From NCBI RefSeq assembly GCF_009914755.1, contig NC_060933.1: a stretch of DNA of 64,000 nucleotides, one strand, 5' to 3'. Under the pieces are notes generated by a model that ran no database searches, had not been told where the DNA came from, and was given only the letters and a program-made list of their open reading frames with translations. Of this stretch, positions 1 through 15,201 are shown in pieces. The position numbers and the translations under genes were made by a program. Position 1 is the first letter of the stretch, and the number at the start of each line of letters is the position of its first letter. Source of the DNA: the human T2T-CHM13v2.0 reference genome, Homo sapiens.

Positions 1-353
1 CATGAACACTGTGGCCATTAACTTCCTCTAAACAAGGCATGAGGTTAATCAAAGCTGTGCTAGAACAAGGTTTTATCATAATTTTTATATCTATGTTTAT
101 AGATGGAGACATTACTTAATCATGGTCAATAAGTGGCCTAAATAGGATCTTCTTCTAGATACATTAGATAAAGGAATTATTTTCTCATCTATTGAAAAGC
201 CATGAAAATATGGTTCTGGGCCCACTAGAAAACATTTTTCATAACCCTGAGCATAATGACAATATAAAGAAAGCATTAATAGAATATGCAGTTTGAGTAG
301 ATGGACCAGGACATTATAAAAAGACAAGTCTACTCTTAAAACTTCTCAATTAC

Positions 354-1153
354 TTTACACTCCCACCAACAGTGTTCCTATTTCTCCACATCCTCTCCAG
401 CATCTTTTGTTTCCTGACTTTTTAATGATTGTCATTCTAACTGGTGTGAGATGGTATCTCATTGTGGTTTTGATTTGCATTTCTCTAATGATCAGTGGTA
501 ATGAGCTTTTTTTCATACGTTTGTTGGCCACATAAATGTCTTCTTATGAAAAGTGTCTGTTCATTTCCTTCGCCCACTTTTTGATGGAGTTGTTTGTTTC
601 TTTCTTGTAAATTTGTTTAAGTTCCTTGTAGATTTTGGATATTAGCCCTTTGTCAGGTGGATAGATTGCAAAAATGTTCTCCCATTCTGTAGGTTGCCTG
701 TTCACTCTGATGATAGTTTCTTTTGCTGTGCAGAAGCTCTTTAGTTTAATTAGACCAATTTGTCAATTTTGGTTTTTGTTGCAATTGCCTTTGGTGTTTG
801 AGTTGTGAAGTCTTTGCCCAGGTCTATGTCCGGAATGACATTACCTAGGTTTTCTTCTAGGGTTTTTATGGTTTCAGGTCTTATATATAAATCTTTAATC
901 CACCTTGAGTTAATTTTTGTATAAGGTGTAAGTAAGGGGTCCAGTTTCAGTTTCTGCATATGGCTAGCCAGTTTTCCCAACAACATTTATTAAATAGGGA
1001 ATCCTTTCCCCATTGCTTGTTTTTGTCAGGTTTGTTAAAGATCAGATGCCTGTAGATGTGTGGTGGTGTTTCTGAGGCCTCTGTTCTGTATTGGTCTATA
1101 TATCTGTTTTGGTACCCATACCATGCTGTTTTGGTCACTCTAGTCTTGTTGTA
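354..1153 (-). mobile_element. LINE-1 (older L1PA/L1P) internal ORF2 fragment, truncated at both ends
   Basis: ORFs 750..986 and 947..1138 give ORF2 C-terminal peptides ([20 protein letters not shown]; [19 protein letters not shown]) with frameshifts; no 3'UTR. Confidence 0.93.
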
Positions 1154-1417
1154 CCGCAGATCTCTTTAACTTATTCACTTGCATAACTCAAATTTTATAT
1201 CTCTTATGTCTCATTTCCAAATTAAATGTGGGGTTGTGTCATCCACTATCAGATAAGACACAAAAAGAAAGATACTTCCAATTGACCTTGATTGTCCAAT
1301 GGTTAAGGTTGGATGAGATGGACAATATCTGATGGATAAGTAGTAGGCAATGAGTTATTCCGAAGTCTTGGGAATTTTATAAGCTTTGTTAGAAGTAATG
1401 AGAGAACTTTGATTAAA

Positions 1418-1444
1418 TGCGTGTGTGTGCGTGTGTGTGTGTGT
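1418..1444. repeat. (GT)n microsatellite, interrupted
   Basis: tgcgtgtgtgtgcgtgtgtgtgtgtgt. Confidence 0.9.
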
Positions 1445-2049
1445 ATTTTTTCTGAATCTAAGCTGATCCAGAACAAGAGATTAAGATTATACTGTGAAAG
1501 AAAACTCTTAAATACACAGGCGGAGCAGAAGTGAAGAGGGAGAACTGTAGGAAGAGAGATGGTCATATTTTTTCTTTTTTTATTTTTCATTAGCAAATTA
1601 TTCAAATGAATGGCATGATATAGAAACCGTTAACTTCAAAACTGAATGTTACATAGTCCCAACGTTTTTTTTTTAAAGTTCTTGGAACTGGTGATGCATG
1701 ACCTGACTCTATTTTACATGTCAGTGAATTATAAGAATAGAAATTCTTTTTTTCATTTTATCATTTAGTTATATCATCTTCAGCTGAAAAAATTCAGTAC
1801 CCATTCTTCACATGTGTGTTGCAATAAAAATAAGCTAGGTAGGGCTTGTTTACTATTAAGTAAAATTACTAACTTAAAATGTCAATGCATAGCTTCATAT
1901 TATTAAACTAATCACTCGTTTTTAAGACAATTATTTATCTCTTTAATAGTCCATTGAATAATTAGCTATATTTCTGTGAAAAATATTCAATTTATATATT
2001 TGACTCTTAATTTTAAATTTTTGTTTATATACATCATTTTAATAAGGGC

Positions 2050-2548
2050 TGTATATTTTCACACTCCTATAAAGAACTGCCCGAGACTGGGTAATTTATA
2101 AAGAAAAAAGATTCAACTTATAAAGGAAAAAGATTTAACTAACTCTCATTTCAGCATGACTGGGAGCCACACAGAAAGCATGAGAAGGAAAGAGAGTGTT
2201 CTTTAGGAGTAGAGACCCGTTCCTGGCTAACAGATGACAGGGAAATGGGGACCTCAATGGCTGGGAAAGCCTCAGGAAACTTACAATTATAGCAGAAGGC
2301 GAAGGCGAAGCAAGGGACCTCCTTCACAAGGTGGCAGGAAGGAGAATGACACAGGAGAAACTACCACACACTTATAAAACCATCAGATCTGAGGAGAACT
2401 TACTATCATGAGAATAGCATGGGGAAAACCACCAGCATGATTTGATTACCTCCACCTGGTCTATCCCTTGACATGGGCGGATTATGGGGATTACGGAGAT
2501 GACAATTCAAGATGCGATTTTGGGTGGGGACACTGCCAAACCATATCA
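2050..2548 (-). mobile_element. MaLR solo LTR (MSTA/THE1D-like) carrying a ~91-bp foreign insert
   Basis: aaagaactgcccgagactgggtaatttataaag ... gatttttgggtggggacactgccaaaccatatca terminus; ggctg occurs at both boundaries. Confidence 0.88.
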
Positions 2549-2984
2549 GGCTGTAACAGCATTTGGAAAGCAATAATCTTTTTGAAAAAGTAAATTATAA
2601 TAAAAAAGTTAAAAATATAAGTGAAAAATTAAAATTAAAATTTTAGAGTAAATTTAAGATAATTAGAATTTAACTTTAAATTAAATTTAAACAAAATGAA
2701 AATGATAAATAATTTGAATATGACTTTTAAAAATCAAGTGAAACATATTTCCATTTTAAACTATTTATCATTTACTAAGCACCTCCAATGAGCCAGGCAA
2801 TGGAGTGGGCTCTGTTATATTCACTTTTTTATCTTCTCAACTTTAATTCTCTTTTTTCTTCTAACTTTTTCTATCCTTTTTGACTTTATATTTTGATATG
2901 TTAGGACAGAAAATCATATGTATGTCTTTTAACTCTCTCCTCAGTTAAACTGAGATGGGAACTGTATGTTTTAATAAGAAAGCA

Positions 2985-3260
2985 CTGTTTTATTCACTGC
3001 TTCTATGAGTTCAAGTGTTTTAGATTCCACGAATGAGTGACAGCATGTGGTATTTTTCTTTCTATTTTTGGCTTATTTCACTTAACACAATGTCTTCCAG
3101 GTTCATTCATGTTGTTGCAAAATGACAGAATTTTATTATTATTTATGGCTCAGTATATTCCATTGTGTATATAGACCCCATTTTCTTTATCCACTCATCT
3201 GTTGTTGGACACTTAAGTTGATTCCCTATCTTAACTACTATTTATAGTGCTTCAAGAAAC
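2985..3260 (-). mobile_element. L1M (L1MA-type) 3' region fragment
   Basis: tagattccac..gagtga..gcttatttcacttaacacaatgtcttccaggttcattcatgttgttgcaaatgacag resembles L1M 3' end in antisense. Confidence 0.8.
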
Positions 3261-5118
3261 GTTCTCTTTTTCTTAATGGTTTATAGAATTTCTATGTACA
3301 TTTGGGAATCTCAAGTTTGATTGTTTGTATGTGTTGCAAACCTCTTCTTCTAATTTATAAATGTATGACCCTGGGATTAGTGTGAGTAGATTTGCTCCTT
3401 ACTATGAGTGTGTATTTATTGTATGGGCACAGACACACACATGCATACATACAAGGAACAAAATTGGCTCATCCCAAACTTATTATGTCTGTTTTATTAA
3501 TCTAATGGTGGTTAATTAGTGGCTCACCAACCCTAAAATTATTAACAACCAAGTGTTGGTGGAGAAGAAAACAAATCTATCAACTGTCTCTGAGGGCAAC
3601 ATATTACACATAAATTTCTGCCTTGTGAATATATTGAATGGCTAGTCATTAAAGATACATTCTGTCACTGTGGTAGAAATTCAGAAGTCTAAAATTACAT
3701 CATGGCTATTTTTATGGCTAAAATATGTTTAGTGATAACTTAGCTTTCCTCATTTATAAAATAAGGATTTGGATTCAGAAATGATTTAGGCTTCTTAATA
3801 GATTAAATATCCTAATATTTGACAACTCCATAAATCTAATGACAGCATAGCTAAAATTTACTTTTTTCAGGAACCTTTTTATGTGGGGAGGTAAAGAGCC
3901 TAAAGCATACATAAGGTTAATATGTAAGTATATAATTTTTAATAATTGGCATTTATAGAAAAACACTGTAATCATTTCATAAGTGATATTAACAAGTGAC
4001 ATTTCTGCTAATAGTACTACCTTTTACTATTTTAAGCCTGTATGCAAAACATAACATTGCTTATCCACTTTCCAAAATCTAACATTGATAGATTATTCAT
4101 TCTCTAAGCACTCACTTACCAAGATCCAATAACAGAAATATTTAAATACACTGTATAATTTAATTCTCTAAGCTATTTTATGGATTATTCTATAATCACT
4201 AGCTTTATAGAAAAGGCACCAATTCTCAAGATTGAGAAATAGGCTAAAGTCTCACATTTAGAAAAACACTCCAAATTGAGATTAATATTCACATACTCTA
4301 ACTCTGGAGACTGTTACCATGTTTATTAAATACATGGACACATACACACTCTCCCACACTCCAGATCCAAAGACTACTTCAGAAGGCTTTAATTATTTTA
4401 TAATTCACACTTCTGTTACAAGCATGAATTAAAAGGCTATGTTGCTGAGACAGTGTATAAAGATATCTTTGCATTAAATATTGGCTTATTTATGGTCCCT
4501 AAAACAAAGTTTCTTGTAGTTTGCAGACCACCTATCTGGTTTGGACATATGCCCCAATGTGTTGGAAACTTGATCCTCAGTGTGGCAATGTTGAGAGGTG
4601 GGACCCAATGTGAGGTGTCTGCGTCAAGGAGGCACCACTCTCAAAAATGGATTATCATGACAGCGGGTTCATTTTACAAGTACGACTTCAGCCTTCTTTT
4701 CTTTCTTTGTCTCTCTCTTGCTTTCTTGGTTTCCACAATGGAATGAAGCAGCAAGAAGACTCTCCAGTTGCTAGGGACTTGATCTTGGAATTCCCAGCCT
4801 CCAGGAATGTGAGAAAATATTTTATTATAATAAATTACCCAGCTTCAGGTATTCTGTTATAGCAACATAAAATGGGCTAAGACAGAACATTGGTACTAGA
4901 GAAGTAGGGTGTTGCTTTAACAAATATCTATAAATGCCAAAGGGGCTTCAGCACTGAGTAATGGGATGAGGCCAAAAGTATTTGGAGGAGCAGACAAGAG
5001 AAAGCCTGGATTGCCATGAGTAGAACTTTAAGAGAAATTCTGGTGAAAAGCCAGAAGAGAAGAACTGTAGGAGGACGATAGAACTTCTTAGAGATTATTT
5101 CTTAGAGAATGTCAATAG

Positions 5119-6801
<1,683 letters not shown>

Positions 6802-6974
6802 GAAATATGGAAAGTAAAGGTCATTTTGATGAAGTTTCACACAAAAATGAGGACTGTCTTACTGGAAACTGGAGGAAAGCTCATCCTTCTTAAAAATTGG
6901 CAAAAAACTTCGTTGAATTGTGTGTATGCACTAGGACTTTATGGAAGACAGAATTTAAGAGCAACAAACAAGGG

Positions 6975-7317
6975 CAGGTGTACCCAACCCCCAGCCCACA
7001 GACCCGTAACAATCCGTGGCCTGTTCAGCACCTGGTAGCACAGCAGTAGTTGAGCAGTGGGCAAGTGAGCCTTACTGCCTGTGCTCCGCCTCCTGCCAGA
7101 TCAGCAGTGACATTAGATTCTTATAAATGCCTGAAACCTATTGTGAACTGCACATGTGACTAATCTAGGTTGCGCGCTCCTTATGAGAATCTAACTAATG
7201 CCTGATATCTGAGGTGGAACAGTTTTATCCCAAAACCATTCCCCCACAATCCCCATCTGTGGAAAAATTGTCTTCCACACAACCAGTCCCTGGTGCCAAA
7301 GAGTTTAGGGACTGCTG
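6975..7317 (+). mobile_element. MER1B hAT-Charlie DNA transposon
   Basis: cagg..cccaacccc start; ggaaaaattgtcttccacacaaccagtccctggtgccaaa..gggactgctg end; 8-bp TSD aacaaggg/aactaggg. Confidence 0.9.
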
Positions 7318-7346
7318 AACTAGGGTATCTGATGGAAGAAATTTCT

Positions 7347-7790
<444 letters not shown>

Positions 7791-7875
7791 AAGAAATTTC
7801 TAAGCAAAATACAGAAAGGTTTGCATGGCTTATTTTCACTGCATACAGTAAAATGAGAGAGGAGAGAAATAATTT

Positions 7876-8316
7876 TGTGAACCCTGAAAATCTGAGACAG
7901 GTCTCAGTTAATTTAAAAAGTTTATCTTGCCAAGATTGAGGATGCGCACCCATAACATGGCCTCAGGAGGTCCTGATGACATGTGCCCAAGGTGGTCAGA
8001 GCACAGTTTGGTTTTACACATTCTAGGGAGACATGCGACATCAATCAACATATGCAAGATGAGCATTGGTTTGGTCTGGAAAGGCGGGACAGCTCAAAGC
8101 AAAGGCAGGAAGACTAGAAGCGGGGAAGGGACTTCCAGGTCATAGGTACATAAGAGAGAAATGGTGGCATTCTTTTGAGTTTCTGATTAGCTCTCCAAAG
8201 GAGGCAATCAGATAAACATTTATCTCAGTGACTTTGAATAAAATGGGACGCAAGTTGGCCCTAAACAGTTCTCAGCTTCGTGATTTGGGGGCCCCAAGAT
8301 TTATTTTTCTCTCACA
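7876..8316 (-). mobile_element. ERV1 solo LTR, MER4A1-like
   Basis: TG..CA termini; minus strand starts tgtgagagaaaaataaatcttggggcccc; ggcctcaggaggtcctgatgacatgtgcccaaggtggtc motif; 4-bp flanks attt/agtt. Confidence 0.87.
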
Positions 8317-8408
8317 AGTTAAAGATGAACTTCATGATTCATAGAGTAACAGAATGTAGAAATTTGTAAAATTTGCAGCCTGCTCATCTAAAGAAAAAAC
8401 TAGCATGC

Positions 8409-8412
<4 letters not shown>

Positions 8413-8458
<46 letters not shown>
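8413..8458. repeat. (GT)23 microsatellite
   Basis: pure GT run inside MST-int. Confidence 0.95.
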
Positions 8459-8459
<1 letters not shown>

Positions 8460-8963
8460 GGGGCGAGGGGAATATTTGAAAAAGGAATTAGCATAAATAG
8501 AATGAAGCTAGGTGCTATTCATCAAGACAATGGGAGAATGATCTCAAAGGCATTTCAGAGCTGTTTGAGGCTGACCTTCTCATCACAGGCCAAAGCTCTA
8601 AGAGGAAAGAATGGTTTTGGGGGACAGGGCCAAGAATCCCTCCACTGATTTGCTGCCCAGGGTAACTTCAGGACTCTCTTCACCTCATTCTGCTGCAGTG
8701 TTTCTCAGCCACTCAGCTGTGGCTCAAGTAGCCCCAGTTGTGGCTCAGACTTCTGCTCTGGAGGGTGTAAGTGGTAATCCATGGCAGCAACCATGTGGCA
8801 CAAATTCTTCAGGTACATAGAATGCAAGAGCTGTGGGGGCGTGGCTTCCTCCATTTAGATTTTACAGGAGGACAGATTTTTTTTCTTTCCATCGGTGGCA
8901 ATCGGCTAAGCAAGAAATGTCTTACTATTGTTTTAATTGAGTGTGTGTGTGTATATATATATA

Positions 8964-9942
8964 TAATACTTTAAGTTCTAGGGTACATGTGCACAACGTG
9001 CAGGTTTGTTGCATAGGTATACATGTGCCATGTTGGTTTGCTGCACCCATTAACTCATCATTTACATTAGGTATTTCTCCTAATGCTATCTCTCCCTCAG
9101 CCCCCCACCCCATGAAAGGCCCTGGTGTGTGATGTTCCCCTCCCTGTGTCCAAGTGATCTCATTGTTCAATTCCCACCTATGAGTGAGAACATGCGGTGA
9201 CTGGTTTTCTGTCCTTGCTCAGAATGATGGTTTCCAGCTTCATCCATGTCCCTACAAAGGACATGAACTCATCCTTTTTTATGGCTGCATAGTATTCCAC
9301 GGTGTATATGTGCCACATTTTCTTAATCCAGTCTATCATTGATGGACATTTGCATTGGTTCCAAGTCTTCGTTATTATGAACAGTGCCTCAATAAATACA
9401 CATGTGCATGTGTCTTTATAGCAGCACGATTTAAAATCCTTTGGGTATATAACCAGTAATGGGATCACTGGGTCAAATGGTATTTCTAGTTCTAGATCCC
9501 TGAGGAATCGCCACACTGTCTTCTTCCACAATGGTTGAACTAGTTTACACTCCCACCAACAGTGTAAAAGTGTTCCTATTTCTCCACATCCTCTCCAGCA
9601 TCTGTTGTTTCCTGACTTTTTAATGATTACCATTCTAACTGGTGTGAGATGGTATCTCATTGTGGTTTTGATTTGCATTTCTCTGATGACCAGTGATGAT
9701 GAGCATTTTTTCATGTATCTGTTGGCTGCATAAATGTCTCCTTTTAAGAAGTGTCTGTTCATATCCTTTGCCCACTTTTTGATGGGGTTGTTTGTTTTTT
9801 TTCTTGTAAATTTGTTTGAGTTCTTTGTAGATTCTGGACATTAAGCCCTTTGTCAGATGGGTAGATTGCAAAAATTTTCTCCCATTTTGTAGGCTGCCTG
9901 TTCACTCTGATGGTAGTTTCTTTTGCTGTGCAGAAGAAGCTC
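8964..9942 (-). mobile_element. 5'-truncated L1 (L1PA5-7-like) with (TA)n(CA)n in place of the tail
   Basis: ORF 9178..9762 is ORF2 C-terminus; 3'UTR at 8964-9175; microsatellite 8941-8964. Confidence 0.95.
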
Positions 9943-11359
9943 AAGAGCAATTAACTAGGGCAGGTATACCCACAGGATGCAGCACACAGACAAGGTGGCC
10001 AGGTAGAGGCTTGTCACAGGAGTGAAGCCACCAGAGAGTCCCCACCAGGGCAATGCCTAGTGGAACCCTGGGAGCAAGGCTACACCTGAGACCTCGGTAC
10101 TGTAGATTTATCAACATGGAACACCAGCTTGGGAGAGCTGCAGGCACAAAAGACTTCAACGTTTCTTCAAAAGGCTGTCGATAAATAGATAAACAAAAAC
10201 AACCAAAAAAACTTCAACCTATGAGAGCTCCTACATGGGCTGAGCCCAGCAAATCCATAGGAGTGAGGCTGTTCAAGGCCTGAGGGGTCCAGTTTCCATC
10301 CTAGTGTGTCCAGTAGGCAGCATATTAAGTGAAAGATTATTCTGAAATCTTAATATATAATGTCTTCCCTGTTGGATTTTGGACTTACTTGAGGCCCATT
10401 ACTGTTTTCTTCTTACCTATTTCCCTTTGGAATGGGAATGTCTATCTTCTCTATGCCTGTCCCACCACTGTATTTTGAAAGTAGACAATTTGTTTTGATT
10501 TCAGAGGTTCATAGCTGAAAAGGTATTTCCTCCGAATGACTCATGCCTTGACTCTCACTCATATTAGATGAGACTTTGGATTTTGAACTTTTGAGTTGAT
10601 GTTGGAATAAGTTAACATTTTGGGACTACTGGGATGTAATGAATATATTTTGCATGTGAGAAAGGACATACATTTGAAAGACCAGGGGCAGAATGCTATG
10701 GCTTGAATGTATCACCCCAAAGTTAATGTATAGGAAACTTGATCCCCAGTGCGGTGGTGTTGAGAGATGAGGTGTTTGCATCATGGGAGCAGCACCCCCG
10801 CAAAATAGATTAATTTGTGAGAGTGACTTTGCTATTGTGGTAGTGGGTTTTTACCAAAAGGGAAGTTTGGCCTTCTTTTTACTTTCTCTCTGACCCTCTT
10901 TTGTCCTCTTGCCTTCCACTATGAGATGATACAGCAAGGCAGTCCTCACCAGATGCTGGAGGCTTGATCTTGGACTTTCTAGTCACCCTCCACAATTGTA
11001 AGGAAATCGTTTTCTCTTCTTTATAAATTACCAAGTCTCAAGTATTCTGTTATAGCCGCACAAAATAGACTAATACATTATCTTTCAAAATAATTGAAGG
11101 TTTTACATTTCTTTACACTAAGGAATACTGACCTTATTCTAAATAACAATAATTAGGAAGGTTAAATATGTGTCACTTTTGATTTTTTACCAATGATACT
11201 TTTAGATAATTTTATTTTCATCTAAAACGAAAGCTTAGCTATTTCATAGGCCCATTAAATGACTCAAAATTCCTAAGGGAAATCTTTTTAAAATAATTAT
11301 TAACTTAGATATTTAGTAATGCAGGAAAAAAACACAATAGTTCTTCTTTTAAAATAGTT

Positions 11360-13395
11360 ATTTTAAATAATAAACAAAAATTTTATATATTTATAGTGTA
11401 CAACACGATACATAGATATATGTGTACATTGTGGAATACCTAAATCAAGCTAATTAAAACATATGCATTAACTCACATACTTAACATTTTTTTGTGATGA
11501 GAACATTTAAAATCTATTATCTCAGCAATTTTGGAATATATAAGACAATGTTATTAACTATAGTCACCATGTCGTACAGTGGATATCTTAAACTTACTCC
11601 TTCTAAATGAAATTTTATATCCTTTGACCAACATCTCCCTAACCTTTTCTCTCACCCTAAGGTCCACTTGCTGCTTCTATGAGTCTAACCTTTTTATATT
11701 CCACATGTAAGTGAGATCATATGATATTTGTCTTTCTATATCTATCTTCCAAGTTCACCCATGTTGTTGCAATATGAGAGAATTCTCCTTATTAAGGCTA
11801 AATAGTATTCCATTGTGTGTGTGCGTGTGTGTGGGTATATATATATGTGTGTATATATATGTATGTATAGATATATACACATGCACTGTATATATATAAA
11901 TACTATATACATACATTGTGTATATATATATATACACACACCACATTTTATTTATTAATCTATTACTTTATTACTCTATTATTTATTAATCTATTACTGA
12001 ACACTTAAGTTGACATTGTATCTTGGCTATTGTAAATGACACTGAAATGAACATGGGAGCATAGATATCTCTTTGACATACTGATTTTTTTTCCTTCGGA
12101 TATATACTGAAAAGTGAGATTGTTGGATCATATGGTAATTCTGTTTTTAACTTTTTCAGGAACTTGCATACTGTTCTCCATGTTGACTGTACTAATTTGC
12201 ACTCCCACTAACAGTGTATCAGGGTTCCCTTTTCTCCACATTCTTGACAACACTTGTTATTTGTAATCTTTTTGATAGTAGCCATTCTGGCAGGTGTGAG
12301 GTGACATCTCATGGTGGTTTTAATTTGCATTTCACAAATAGTTATGTTGAGCATCTTTTAATATACCAGTTGGCCATTTGTTTGCCCTCATTCCATTTAG
12401 GTCTTTTGCCCATTTTTTAAATCAGGTTATTTAATTTTTTGCTATTGACTAATTTGAATTTCTTACATATTTTGGATATTTATCCCTTATCAGATATATG
12501 CTGTGTGAATATTTTTCCCATTCCATAGATTGTCTTTTCATTCTGCTATTTTTTTGCTCTGCACAATATTTTTAGTTTGATGTAATATCATTTGTCTATT
12601 TTTGCTTTTGTTGCCTGTCCTTTTGGAGTCATATTCAAAGAATCATTGCTCAGACCAACGTCATGAAGCTTTTCCCTTGTATTGTTTTAGTAGTTTTATA
12701 ATTTCATGTTTTACATTTATGTATTTAATCCATTTTGAGTAATTTTTCACATAGAGTGAGATAAAGATCCAATGTATGTTCTTGGTATCTTTGTTGAAAA
12801 TAAGTTGACCATAAATGTGTGGATTTTTTTCTGGGCTTTTTATTCTGTTCCATGGGTCTTTGTATCTATTTATTTGCCAATACATTGCTGTTTTGATTAC
12901 CATAAATTCAAATAATATTTTGAAACTAGGTTGTATGATGGCTTTGACTTTATCCTTTTGCTCAATTGCCTTGGCTATTAAGGTCTTTCGTGGTTCTACA
13001 CGAATTTTAGGATTGCTTTCCAAAATGCCATTGGAATTTTTATTGGGATTGCATTGAATCTGTAGATTGCTTTGGGTAGTATGAATATTTTAACAATATT
13101 AACTTTTTAAATCCACAAACATGGTATATCTGTTCATTTTTATGTCTTCTTTAATTTCCTTCCTTAATGTTTTATAGTTTTCAGGGTACACATCCTTCAC
13201 CTCCTTGGTTATATTTATTCTTCAGTATTTTATTTTTTTGGTAGCTATTGCAAATAGGATTGTTTTCTTTATTTCTTTTTTGGATAGTTTATTAGTGTAC
13301 AGAAACACTACTGATTTTGTATGCTGATTTTGTATCCTTCAATGTTATTAAATTCATGATCTATTTTTTAACAGTTTTTGGTACAATTCTTATTA
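11360..13395 (-). mobile_element. L1MA-type LINE-1, 3' ~2 kb, with internal deletion and (TG)/(TA) repeat at 11815-11942
   Basis: aaatcaagctaattaa..atatgcatta..cacatactta 3' end; ORF 12661..13023 is degenerate ORF2 (WNRIKSPEKNPHIYGQLIFNK). Confidence 0.9.
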
Positions 13396-14989
13396 TTTTA
13401 GATATGTAAAAGTGTACATAAAGCCTTTTATTTAAATACTATTTTTTCACACTTGAAGATAAAATAAGTAGAAAAATAAATAAATACTCAAACACACTTA
13501 AGGATGTTTCTCAAAACAGGATTCTATTTGGTGGTTTAATTGTTTCTGTAACTTTTTAATAAAATGTCATTTATAAAATTTAAAAAATCAAGTATCTTTT
13601 TAAGCTATTTCTTACTTTATTTTACATTCAGATTGCATTAATTTTAAACTTACTAGCATAGTATGGGTTTGCTATCTTGCCATTGCTATCTGAAAAATAA
13701 ACTTGGACTAATTTACTCTCTACTTTTGAAATTTGAAAAATTCAAATTACAAATATTTTATATTGTATGCAATCTCTTATAAAGAAGTTTCAAAAACTCT
13801 TATTTTAAAAATATTTCACTTCAAGTGGTTATAGTAGCTGATATGCTAGAAGGTATGATTTCTTCAACCAGCTGAACTGATGTAAACACACGACTTTGTA
13901 TCAGTGCCTAACAATTTTTACAATTATGGCTTCAAATTCGGGTGGGTCATTGTGAACAAAACCAATCATCTTTTCATATGTAACATTTTCTGAATTTTGT
14001 AATTAGACCTTTGGTACCATAATGAAATGTACAGGTTATTTAAACTTGTTGAATTGTAACATTGAATCGCAGGTTAGCTTAAACTATGGAAAAATATCTA
14101 TACAATATCTACATATTTCTATAAATTGATGGATTTTATGAATATCCTTTTTGGGGGAATTGCTTTCTCTTTCACAATAATATATTATTTATTACATTGT
14201 ATTTATTATTTCCCCTTAATTATCATAGCTATTCACAAATAAGCTGAACATAAGAGTTAATCTCTGCTCTCTGAATCCCACAAAATAACAGTAATACTTA
14301 AGGATATAAAAAGAAAAAAATACTAATTTTCTACAGTAGTCTTGGCTGGTGTGCAATCTTCACAATGAATCAGAGTAAAGAAACATACCTTTAGGGTTTA
14401 TGTTCTTCATATTATTCCTAATTCTTGCGAGCTGAGTTGGTTGAAATCTCTTTACTCAACTAAATGTTTCTTTTAAATAACGCACCACAATTTTTTGTTT
14501 TGCACAGTTGGCACACCATTTATCTCAATCCTAAATACTGAATGACTCTTATTTGATATGGACATTGTTTGGAGAGACTTTCAGTTTTGTATACTTGCCA
14601 TAATTATTTGAGTAAAACTTGACATTGTATAATTACTTGTGTTAATAATGTAGTAGCTGAATGTATGTAATTTGAAGTAAAAGTATTTGTAAAAGCCAAA
14701 AAGCAAAGTACCTTTTATTTAACACTCATTTATCCTGCTAAAACTGATGTTATGGAGACAGGGATTGGAGAGGTTGGGTAAGGAAAGGGAGGCGCTAATA
14801 TTTATTAATGGCTAATATGTAACAGGTACTGCAATTGGGACCATATAACAATAGCTAATTTAATAATAAATTAATAGCGATGACATGAAAATGCACAATA
14901 ATCAATATGCCAAGGAAACCAACCAATCAGAGAAGATACTGGCAGTGAGCAGCAAATAAGCCTGGAATGAAAGTTGTTGACTGAAGCTC

Positions 14990-15201
14990 AGGTGCCAATT
15001 ATATGTCAGATGTTGTTCTAAGTGCATTTCATGGATTGTCTCCATTCATAGTCCATAAGATTCACTGGATAGTTTCCATTATACTACCATCTTAGAAATG
15101 ATAAGAGTAAAGAACAGGAAAAGTAAGAAACAGCCTAATTCCCATGGGAAGAAAATACCAATTAAACCTGACCAACCAGACTTCAAGCCCTTGCTCTCCA
15201 C
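14990..15201 (-). mobile_element. MIR SINE, degenerate
   Basis: tatgtcagatgttgttctaagtgcatttcatggatt...ccatcttagaaatga...gacttcaagcccttgctct. Confidence 0.55.
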
